NCBI GenBank assembly: GCA_046563655.1
Contig: CM102289.1
Location: forward strand, 9,176,001 to 9,240,000
Reading direction: 5' to 3'
Source: Yuukianura sp. NJ FZ-2021
Taxonomy: Eukaryota
DNA: 64,000 nucleotides
Positions within the stretch are counted from its first letter, which is position 1. Every line of letters starts with the position of its first letter. Shown in pieces: positions 53,199 through 64,000 of the stretch. The translations under genes were made by a program, and so were the position numbers. The notes below the pieces were generated by a model, which saw nothing but the letters and a program-made list of their open reading frames with translations, was not told the origin of the DNA and searched no databases.

Positions 53199-53995
53199 AA
53201 AGTGGAATCAATACTTTACTTTCGTGGCTAAAACCTTCATGTAACGCTCTATGAATTTCAGAATTTGCGTTAATTGGACAATAAACGCAGAATTTTGAAC
53301 TTTTGAAACCATAAACACGCAATTTGTGTCTAAAATTTTAGACTTTTATTCGTTAAAAGCAAACAAAAATCGATTTCCAAACATATTCATATAAAAATCA
53401 GGGAAAGCCACAAGCAAAAAATTCGCACTTTTGTGCATCTAACTTTTTAGTACAAATGGAAAGCTACGAACTAAATTTTTTGGCATTTTTTTTTAAACAT
53501 ATTCTTACCATCCACCAGTGGTATTTCCACCAAAAAATTGCAAGTTTTTAAATTTTTTGCAGAAATTTATCGTTATCGCCCAAGCAAATGATGGGGGCGG
53601 AAATGACGTCATTGTTGAGCAACTTAACCACGAAATTTTTTCTCTTATAAAATTTTCATTATTTTGGAAAAATTGCAATTTTTTTTTCGAAACGCCTTCC
53701 AGAAAGGTTTGGAATAATTGATAAGCTTGTTTCGTCTCCCTGGCATTGACTTTCTCCGTCTTCCTTTTGGAAAGTCCTGAAAAGTGAAAGTGCGCAACTC
53801 CACTCCGTCTCTAAACTTTTACTTATTGTTAGACTTTTCCTGTAAGGTTAGGAACAACATCAACCTTCAAGAACCTGTCTTATAAAGGAACTAATCAAGG
53901 GCAAATTAATTAAAACAAGGTTAGACATCGGTCACCTTGTGACCCCCAGAGCAACAATTAGGACAGACACCACCAGTCAACAAGGGGAACCCAAC

Positions 53996-55081
53996 ATGGA
54001 CGTTTACTACCGTGGAAGATGTCGTGCAGTAGCTGTCATTGACATTGTAAGTTGGTCCCGTGTCTGTCAATCAATCGTTAAGCTAACGTTGTTCCTTGAT
54101 TAATGTTTACCACTATGACTTTGTTTTAGATTTGGTCAAGTGTTGGCCTTGGATCAGCTGTTCTGACGTTCTTTGGCATAGCACTCATTTCGCAAGGTCA
54201 GTCGGCCGGAAACGAAGGTCCGTTCTTCCGCAACACTCGGATTGAATACAAAGACGAAGAGTCGAATTTGCAGTTAATCCGGAATAAAAATGGACAGGAA
54301 GGTAACGTCCACTATGTGGTCATGCCACTCTTCATTGTAAATTGTAATCAAACGTAGTGTTTTTTCAATGTGTTGATGTTCATAGTTCATGTTCTGGCCA
54401 ACGTGATGCTGGGAATGGTAATGCTGGTGATACTGATCAATACAGTTCAGCTGATGGCTGCAATTCGGCTGTTGAAGGCATGCAATCTGGTAAGTCATAC
54501 TAGTAAGACACAGGTCATATAAGTAACGAAACGATGTCGATTCATGTCGTTAAGACTGCTTACTGACCCTAACGTCAGTGTCAACTAGTGAATCAGTGCT
54601 CAATGAGTTAATTGTACTAACTTTTAACTTATAATAGGCAACGGATAACGCAAAGGCGCTCAAGTTCTGCCGATTCTGGAGCGGAGTGACCGTCTTCTTC
54701 GTGGTCTTCATTGGCTTGAACTTATTTTCTACCGGACGAATCTCGTTTCCCGGTCAAATCTTCTCCATGGCACAAATCATGTTCAGAGCTCTTGGACTCT
54801 ACTATGTGAGTGAATTCATTAAGGAACTGGCCCATCCAATGCCGATCCTTCCAATCGTTGGAGACACGTTTGTGGAACAACCGCCTCCATCAGTGCGCAA
54901 CTTCTTTCCAAAACCAACTCCGCCACCACCGTATCCAACAGAGGAAGTTCCACCACCTCCTTACCAAGAGGCTCCACCACCTTACACTGAAGTCCATGTC
55001 ACCACTGGAACCAATGTCGCTCCGGTGGTCGCCGAAGGTGGTCAGGCACATGCCCAGTCAACCGAAAACAAACAACTCTAA
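53996..55081 (+). CDS. four-TM protein with three C-terminal PPPY motifs (LAPTM-like architecture)
   Basis: Exons from 53996, ~54131, ~54386, ~54638; hydrophobic segments IWSSVGLGSAVLTFFGIALI, VLANVMLGMVMLVILINTV, VTVFFVVFIGLNLF, QIFSMAQIMFRALGLYYV; tail PPPPYP..PPPPYQ..PPPYT. Confidence 0.7.
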
Positions 55082-55548
55082 ACACTTTAATCATTTCGTA
55101 AAGACACCCACACACTCGCTCCAATTTCAAATGTTCTCGTCTTAAACTGAAACGTAATAGAGAGGGTGCACTGTAATAACTTAAAAATGTTAATTTAAAA
55201 ATGTTAACGTAAAAATAACGTTTCCTTTCCACTTCTTGCCAGTAATTGCAAAGTGCAATTCAAAAAAACAACAATGCAAGGGCATAAGTTAAAGTCGATC
55301 CGTAGGAAGTAACAATTTTTTCTAAGTCTACGCATTGTTTAATTCAGATTTTCAAATTTTGTCTCCCAATGTTTCAAATTTTGTTAAAAAAAATTCCTCT
55401 TTCTAGTCTTCATTAGAACAAAACCAAAAAATTTTCTGGTGGCTCTCTAACGCCCGTTATTTACTAAATATTACACGCTTGTGATAGTAAAATACCGCAA
55501 CACACTTTTTGAAAATCGTTTTTCAATAATTTGTTTTTTTCAAAATTT

Positions 55549-58500
55549 TTATGCCGAAATTTCGACAATGGCTGAGCCGACAATGTCGATCAATTCTTTA
55601 CTGGAAAAAGTTGCTACCCAGCGTTGTGTTCCTGGCGTCCTTGGAACAAAGGCGTGAGTGTACTCAAAGTCCGCTTCTGCACCAATGTCACTGCAAATTT
55701 CAAAATTTTCAAAATTTCAAAATTTCATTTTAAAAATTGTTGTTTCAAGTTCACTTATTTGGACACTTACGGTAACTTGATTGTTCCAAATCTAGTTAAC
55801 GCTGGTCCTTCGTAATTTACTTTGCATTGCGTCAGAATCCGCTTAAGCGGATTTTTAAAACCGAACTTCACTGTGCTCTGGTGACCCACTTTCAAATCCG
55901 GTGAAACCTGTCATAAAATTTCGAGTTATAAAAAATTTATGACATCTTTTCGAAATACAATTTTTATGAAAATTTTGTGTATTTTGTGAAACTTTTTTAC
56001 GTCAAGACTTAGTATGGGCTTGATGACTTGGAAATCGTCTTCATCCGACCAGCTCGCTTTCGTCTAAAAACCGAATTTTCAAAATCCGGGTATTTGTTGT
56101 GCAAATTATTTTCGCAAGTTGCTAAATTTTGAATATGCGAGAGTTGAATATGGTTTTCACCTGTTCGACGTGACATATTGCAAATATTTTCATGATTCCA
56201 TACTCCACTAGTTTGTCCATGTAGTCCTCTGGTGTGACAGTTAACTTTAACTGCTCAGCTAATATGGCCAAACCACACAAAAGTTGAAGTTAATTAAAAA
56301 CAGTTAATTCCTGCCTCTATACTGAAGTTATCATAAGCCAAGGTTAGGTTTTGTTAGAGTAAAGTTTATGAAGTTAGGATGGAGGAAGTGAAAGTTTTAT
56401 ATGATTAGCACTAAAAAGGGAGAAAGTGTGAGTGTGTTAAATTTCCGGTTTTACTTTCATTGGGCTGGACGTCAAACTTGGTGGTGGCACGTTTTACGGC
56501 TTTGGCACGAATCCCGGTGTAGTAAACACTCTCGGCACTCAGCAGGCAACTTAATGACCGAACTTCCGAAGAATTGTTCTACATTTGATTAGGTTAACAT
56601 TTCAACATTAGACTCAGCTCTGCAAACTGTTTCCATATGACGACATTCGCAAAACTGGTTTCAATTACAACATTTCCGCTGGTTATGCCCGGAAATGCTT
56701 ATAGTTTAGTTGAAATTTTAGGCTGTTACAGAAAACCCTCTCTTATAGCAACTTTTTTGTATACCGTAAAACCGCGCCTATAGCAACATTTTTAAGATAC
56801 CACAAGAGATCTCTTATAGCAACTTTTTTGGCCACCGTAAGAATTCGCTTAGAGCAACTTTTTTGGGTACCGTAAAATCCCTCTTATAGCAACTTTTGTT
56901 TGGATACCTTAAATTCTGTCTAATAGTAATTTTTTGGGTATCTCAGAATCTCTGTTATCTCTGTTATAGCATCTTTTTTGAGCACCGTAAAATCCTTGTT
57001 ACGGCCACTTTTTGGGTACCGTAAAATCTCTCCTGCATAAACTTTTTGGTACCGTAAAACTCCTCTTATCGCAGCTTTTTTGTTACCGTAAGACCTCTAT
57101 TACATCAACTTGTGTTTATGGGTACCGTATAACATATGCTTTTCAATAGTGCTAAACTTTAAAAATGAATTGTTGAGGCTTTCGGTGCTCCTATATCTCT
57201 GATGTGCTCTAATCGGAGCGTTTTCGGTATTAGAGGGAGTTACTATACGAGAGAATCTACTGTAGTTGAAATTATGGTATAATTATATATTATATATTTA
57301 ATATATTTATATATATTATTGAATACCTTGACGACAACTACAACTTGGAATGGTTCTCCAACGGGAACGCGATCCAGGTCAATCAAGTCAAATTCCATGT
57401 CATCGATTGGACTTTTGGGAACGTCATGGAAGAGAGGAGCTCCCGTCGTTCCACGAACGGCGTTGTACAGAGCCAATCTTTCGGCTCTAGTTCCTTATTT
57501 TCAAATCAAAATTGAAATTGGAACATTTGAAATTGAAATTTGGGAAATTTGAAATTCAAAAGCTCAAAATTGATAAGTCCTCCTCACCTTCCTTCCCTTT
57601 GTAAGCCTCTATCACATCTTCCCTGTCAGAGTCTCCATCAGGATCAAATTTGTTTGGGATCTTGGTTAAGATCATCTTTCCAATACTAATACCAAAACCA
57701 CAAAATCATAAGCCCGGATGAAATTTCAAGAAAAAAGAAGTTCGAAGTTTTTGAAATTTTTGAAAATTTTCAAAATTTTGTACTGGTATTTGTCGGAGTT
57801 AATCCGCGTAAATCCGAAATCCGTTCCTTTGTCTTCTCGCCATTTGACGTAGTCTGCATTTACTTCCGCCAGGACAAAAGGAACGTCGTAAGCAAATCCC
57901 ACTTGCCCATTTCTCACGGCTTCCAAAGAAGCAGGTCCGCATTGAAAAATTCCTAAAATTTTGAAAAAAAATCAAAATTTTGAAATGTCAATTTTTCAAT
58001 TTCAGTTCTAACCTTGACTTCTTTCTTGCGGTGTGGAATCAAGTGCTTGCCACCCACCATAGCCTTTAGGCAAGTCAGGTCTAGCCATCCAAACGTCATT
58101 CCAAACATGAAAATTCTAGTTTTGAAATCAAATTTTCAAAAAAGTTTTTTTTGAAAGAATTTTGCCAATTATTTTTTTTCAACTTGAGCACTTTACCCAG
58201 ATTGAATCTTTTCCACCGTTGGGATTATTTGGATCTACTGTCATTTCTTCGTTTTTCTAAAAAAATCAAAATAGTTTTAAAAATGCTAAAATTTCTTTTT
58301 CGAAAAACTTTTTTTTAAAACTTACGTCATTGTAGTAAGTGTCAATGGTAAGACTGGAATTGGCGTCATGGGCAGAAACCAAATTGGAAACAACTTGAAC
58401 AGAAAAAAAAATTTGAAATTCAAAAAAACTAAAAAAAAAAATTGAAATCGCATTCCTCATGCTAAGCTTAAAGTAATCGAAACGGTACAGTTATAAATTA

Positions 58501-61500
58501 AAGTAAAGTAAAATTTAAAATTTCAATATTCTGACTCAAAAAAATTGAAATTCCTTTGAAAAGGAAATTTTTTGTTACATAAAAGTTGGTTTTTTAGAAT
58601 TTGAATCTCCTTTACCTTGAAAAACTAAAAAAGCCTAATAAATTTTGATCTTACCTCTGCAGGGAATCCCCAGACAGCGACACACTGCAGAAACAAAAAC
58701 CGGAAAGAATATCAATCAAAAAAACAAAAAGTAAAAAGCATTCCAGAAAAGTACAAAAGTGAAAGTAAGTTTTTTTTAAATGAGACAAGCACTCAAGCAT
58801 GACATTTTTCTAGAACAGCGTTCATATGTTTTAGGATTTTGTAAAAACAAATTCTAGATTCTTTTGAAACTGGAAGATCTGAATTATAAATTACAGAAAG
58901 AGAGACGCATAAAGCGAAACGAATCTACACAATGAATGTATACGCAATAGATGTAATCATAAATTCCACTTTCTCGGTTGTTTGCGGTTGGAACTGAAAA
59001 CGGCGGGAGAAAAGATGGTCCAGATTTTTGAAAATGGAAAACTCCATTTTCTTTTTTTTGTAGCATTTTAGCTTTTCTTTGCCAACATGATCATCAAGAC
59101 CAAGATCATTTTCGTGTTTGTGGTTTTCAGGAAGAGATTTTTAGTGTTATTTGTTTATTACCTGTGCATAAAACACCAGAGAAGACCCAGCACTGTCCGT
59201 ATTTCACCGGCTTGAGTGCTGTAAAGTACTGCTCCAGAATGGGGACACTTCCAGTCCATGCACTTGGAGCACTTCCGTCAGAGTACTTTCCGTCCCACCG
59301 ACCCACCAACAACCCATCGTCATCATTCGAATTTACCTAACACACAAGAACAATGGATTTATAACACAAAGTCACAAAGACAATGGACGGCTTCCGTCCA
59401 AAGCTGAAGGGGTTCTATGTAGCTCATGCACGGCCAAAAACTGGACGGAATTTATGAACTCAACTGCAAATAATAACTTATGAACAGTGTTGCTAGATGG
59501 ATAGAATTATTCTTCCACCTATATCAAAATAGCTGGAAGTATCCATTTCCATCTGTTTAATCCAGCTATTTCTTCCGGATAAAGCCGGATGAGATATATT
59601 ATCCACTGCGGATATTCACTGGACGAAACATCAAAAAAATTAGATATCCAGCAACACTGCTTATGGAAAAGTAAAACCTCTTTTATGGACAAGGGTTTTT
59701 TAGAAAGTGAGTTTTTATCAGTATTGCTGGCTATCAACTTTTTTGACGTTTTGCCCAAGGGTATCCAGAGCATAATATATTTCGTCCGGTTTCATCCGAA
59801 AGAAATGGCTGGATTAAATGGATAGAAATGCATACTTCCACCAAAGGCGTAGGTAGAAGAAATATTTTATCCATGTGGCAACACTGCTTTTTAGTACTTA
59901 ATGCCGCTGGGCGCTAGATTATAGACGTTGCCATTCCGTTCACTTGTCGCCCGTCCATTAGCGTCCGTACCTGACTAAAGTACTATTTTGAGATGACTTT
60001 TCGTTTGTTACCATTCTGGAGAGTGCCCTGGAGACAAGAACTGGATTTCCACGTGCAGAAAATGCAAGACCAGACTTCTCCAGCAAAATCATGATGAGTG
60101 GCAGCACTGAATCATCAAATTGACCAAAGATCCAGTGGCGTCCCCTCGAGGAACCATGCGGCCCCACCCAGATTTTACCTTGGTCTTCCAGAACATACCT
60201 CAAAGTCAAAAAATATTCCACTTTTTAGTAAAAAGTGTAAAAAATGTTAAATTTTCCTTGATGTTACAAATTATTCAGAACTTACTCATCCAGCAGATCA
60301 GAATCCGCCATGTAAGTTCCGTCATCTGCAATAATTGAAAAGAGAAAGTTTAAAAAAACCTAGTCTAGACTAAAAACTTTCTTTGCAACTTTCCGTTCTG
60401 ATTCTGAAGTGGCACGTACTCATAATTTTAATATGCTAAAATGTTCAACTTTTTTGAAAAAAGTTTTTTGAAGTTCACCTCTCTCCCATGGATTGAAAAG
60501 GAGATACACATCGTCCGGACTTTTGTAGTAAATCTTTTGATCTTCACCTTCAACTCCTGATTCAATCGTACATTTCCAAATGCCGACACACGCGTCTGCA
60601 CTTGTCTTAATCTGAAACCAAAGACATAAAGTTAGTTTAAGCGCTAAATTTCAAAATTAGGCACGGTGCGTGGAACGTAATGAGCGGGATTCCAAAATTT
60701 CAAATCTTCCCGTCAAAAACCATTTCCTCTCCAAGAAAAGACAGTTTAAGTTGAAATTACCTCTACTGAAATGGCATTCTTATCATGGCCGACGATTCTG
60801 GCTCCCCAGGCATTCCCTTCTTTAGGGAGGGGGCCCTTCGTGAGCCTCAGAATTTGCTGAGTCCCTTTGAAAGTTGATGGGGCAGGACCAAAAGTGAAAG
60901 CAATTCGAATCCTGTCAGCCTCATCATCGTATCTCCGATCAGGCGTTTTGAGAGCTAAAAAGAAAGATTGGCCTCTCCGAAAAACGGGAGTTCCGCGTTG
61001 AACTAATTCGAATTTGGCGGTTCGATGATTCTTGCCATTCTGCTCCGAGTAGAAGTAAACTCCATCAATTTTAAGTGGCGGATTTGCAATTACGCCGTTT
61101 TCACCAGCATCATCACCTCCGAGACCTACTTTGTCCAACGACCAATAAAAAAGAGAAGAAAAAAAACTTTCAAAATTTCGAAAAAAAAAAGAAGATTTAA
61201 AAAATTTTAAACTGCATTCCGGCATTTGTGGTTTAAATTAGCCAAAATGACGTGGCGGGGGAGTGTCAAAACTGGAAACTGCGATTTCCAGGAGTAAAGT
61301 CAAAAGTTTAGAAAACATTTCAACGGCGTTTTCAATTTTTGGAATTTCATTATTGTTTAAATTTTGAACGACAGAAACGTGTTTTTGGTCTTTTTAGAAC
61401 TTTTTGTTTAGAATTTGGGACAAAGTTGTTAATAGAAAGGAGTTTAATTGAGCAGGGCCTTTGATGGTTACCGTTCAAAGCTTCTGCTCTCTCTCGAGCC

Positions 61501-61580
61501 CTTCGATCTTCATGGTCCCTTCGCAGTCGTGTAACGAGACTGCTGTAGTACTCTGCGTAATTTTCAGTAGTTGAATCCAT
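55549..61580 (-). CDS. hemocyte-type protein-glutamine gamma-glutamyltransferase (transglutaminase), copy 1, complete
   Basis: [32 protein letters not shown], catalytic [42 protein letters not shown], and both C-terminal barrels ending [15 protein letters not shown]. Confidence 0.95.
56730..57130. repeat. ~35-bp minisatellite, about 11 diverged copies, intronic
   Basis: Unit approximately AAAATCCCTCTTATAGCAACTTTTTTGGGTACCGT. Confidence 0.85.
59485..59659. mobile_element. hAT-type MITE, copy A
   Basis: TIRs CAGTGTTGC...GCAACACTG; 8-bp flanks CTTATGAA / CTTATGGA. Confidence 0.75.
59719..59886. mobile_element. hAT-type MITE, copy B, inverted relative to copy A
   Basis: TIRs CAGTATTGC...GCAACACTG; flanks GTTTTTAT / CTTTTTAG; interior is a diverged reverse complement of copy A. 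Confidence 0.7.
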
Positions 61581-62126
61581 TTCCAAGTTCAAAATGACAC
61601 AACTACTGTCACTAGGTCACTTCCAACTAGGCGTAAATTAAGATCACTTTTAATTATTTTTCAACTCCTGTTTCAACTTTCAACAGCTTCGGATTAAAAC
61701 TCTCAATTTATTCTTAAGCAATAACTTTTCATTGGAATTAAAATTGCAATGGTTTAAACTTTTTAGTTAAAACTCCCTTGAACTCTTTACTTTCATTCAA
61801 AAATGTTGCAATTTGGTTAAATCAAGCGGAAAAGGATATTGACCTGACCACTTCCACTTTTCAAAAGTTTCAAAATAACGGAAACAAAAGTGAATTTTTT
61901 CTAATCAAATTTTGAGAACTCTAAAAGAATTGAACTGACTTTTTCAAAGCAAAATTTCGAGAACTAAAAGAATTAAATATAAAGAAAGACATATTTTTTG
62001 GTTTTCTAGACTAGAAAAAAGCTTTACCAATTTTCAAACAGTTGTATACTTTCTAATGGTATTTTGGAAGAGTATGTTGGAAAAAACTTTTTTTTTGGCA
62101 AATGTTTTTAAACTTTTTTGAAAATT

Positions 62127-63951
62127 TTAAATCTGGACTTCAATCACGCCTGCTCCGACGATATCGATCAACTCCGTTGACGTAAACGTGGCCAGCCAAC
62201 GCTGCGTACCGACTTGGCGCGGAATGAAGTCCTGAATCCATTTGAATTCCGCTAATGGAGCAACGTCGCTGTTTTGAAAAAAAAATGAAAACTTAAAAAT
62301 TATAAATTTCCAAGTTCTTAAAAATGATTTTGAATTTAAATTTGAGAACGCACTCGACTGAAATTGCTCCAGAACGCTGAAATCCAGGTCCCTCATACCG
62401 GACGCTGCAATTGGTCAGTTTGACATCAAGTGGATTTTGGAAACTAAAAGTCACAAGCGCCCTCTGGTGCAATTTCAGAATCGGATCAACCTGGACGACA
62501 AAAAATTAAGGCGCGAAGTAATTTCATTTTCGAATTTTCGAATCATCATTTCTAAAAGTAGAAAAGTGACCTGAATCGTAAGTGTTGGTTTGATGACCTG
62601 GAAGTCATCTTCTTCAAACCAGGTTTGACTCGTTCCATCCACAACACACACGGCAGTTACTTTCATAATTCCGTATTCCACTAGCTTAGGCATGTAGTCC
62701 CCGGGCTTCACAGTCATTCTTAGTTCTTCCGCTGGAGTTCCAAAAAATAAGCTTAGTTTTCAATTTCTTAGTTCCCGCTTTTTTTGAAAAGAAAGTCCGA
62801 AATGTGGTTATTAGTGGAAGTTAATCGGATTATTTTACTTTTGCCTGGTGCTACACTGAACTTTCCAGTTGCCTTCTTAACTTCATTGGCTCTTATCCCA
62901 TTGTAGTACGTACTTTCTGCTCCCAAATCAACCTGAACACTACGAGTCTCTGCTCCTTTGTTCTAAAAACAAAGAGAAAAGAAATTTTGAAAAAGTTGTT
63001 TTTTGAAAGAAAAAAGTTTCAAATCTTACTGTAATTTTGGTTACAACGGCAAAGGGATGCCCTATTTCAACCTGCTCTAATTCTACAAGATCAAATTCAA
63101 AATCCTCCAAAGGATTTGCTTCAAGTTCAAAAAATTTTGACGCATCTCGTGTGCCTAAAAAGGAAAGAACTTAATGCGTGGAATGTACAAAACTGACAAA
63201 AACAATAGAAAAAACTTTTTAAATTTCAAAAATTTTACGTCTCGCGGCGTTGATCAACGTCAAGCGTTCGGCTCGAGAACCTTTTCAAAAAAATTACACA
63301 ATTAAACGTAAATTTACATAAAATTTTGGAACTTTTTCAATATTTTCAACCTTCTTTGTTTTTGTATTGTGCCAAAATGTCTTCCCGATCCGACTCTCCT
63401 TTTGCATCAAACACGTTTGGTTTCTTGGTGAAAATCATTCGGCCGATGCTAAATTTTCGAAAATGAAATTTTTATTAAAATTTGAAAATTAAATTCAAAA
63501 TTTGAAATTTTACTGGTAGTTGTTGCATGTCATCCGTTTGAATCCGAAAGGCGAAGTTGGATCTTTCTTCCAGTGAACTAAATCTGCATTGACCTCAGCC
63601 AAAACAAATGGAACATCAAAGGAAAAACCAACTTGACCTTTACGCACAGCCTCCAAAGATGCTGGACCACACTGAAATGACCCTATGTCAACAAAATTTT
63701 GAAAATTTCTTTCATTTTGAAATTATAAAAAAAATTTAAGTACTAACCTTCACCACTGTCACTTCGTTCTTGTGGCGTCGCATCAATTGCTTGCCAGCCA
63801 CCGTAACCATTCGGCAAATCCGGCCGTGCCATCCACACATCATTCTTAAACGCCGCCAAAATTTTGATTTTAAAATTAGCCAATTTCGTATCATTAATTC
63901 CTTCAGTTTGGTAGTCCTACAGAATTTGAAACTTACCCAAACGTGAAAGTT
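62127..63951 (-). CDS. transglutaminase copy 2, 3' part (5' end beyond the window)
   Basis: [86 protein letters not shown], ending [15 protein letters not shown]. Confidence 0.93.
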
Positions 63952-64000
63952 CTAAAATCAAAAAATTAAAAACATTTTCAATGTATATTTTTCTTGATTT

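Noticed and set aside
56730..57130. CRISPR-like appearance of ~35-bp repeats
   Set aside because: Units are head-to-tail with no unique spacers, inside a eukaryotic intron, with no cas genes.

Overview
AT-rich, gene-dense eukaryotic genomic DNA from an invertebrate animal, probably an arthropod (inferred from hemocyte-type transglutaminases and an arthropod-style basigin tail; the species cannot be determined). Genes have many short GT-AG introns, so the ORF track fragments them; I rebuilt exon chains by hand from splice sites and reading frame, and family calls rest on motifs recalled from memory, not on database searches. In order: two tandem PA-TM-RING-H2 (RNF13/RNF167-like) genes, a ZNF532/592/687-like C2H2 gene, EPB41L4A, a CFAP221-like gene, a secreted M12B metalloprotease with a ricin-B-like tail, a divergent gene ending in a Nup98-type autopeptidase domain, AASDH, SDHB, cyclophilin B, PTCD2, a small membrane protein, a one-Ig basigin-like gene, a small Cys-rich secreted protein, a 4-TM PPxY protein and two tandem transglutaminases (the second runs off the window). 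Several MITEs and tandem repeats are also present. Most notable: (1) a second cyclophilin B first exon that would swap the signal peptide for an MGCC acylation motif; (2) an FG-less Nup98-domain protein lacking the HFS catalytic motif, with Q/G/P/V repeats; (3) a prodomain-less M12B-lectin gene bracketed by duplicated blocks; (4) alternative PDZ-type tails in EPB41L4A; (5) reciprocal intron differences between the transglutaminase paralogs; (6) periodic A/T-tract introns restricted to some genes.
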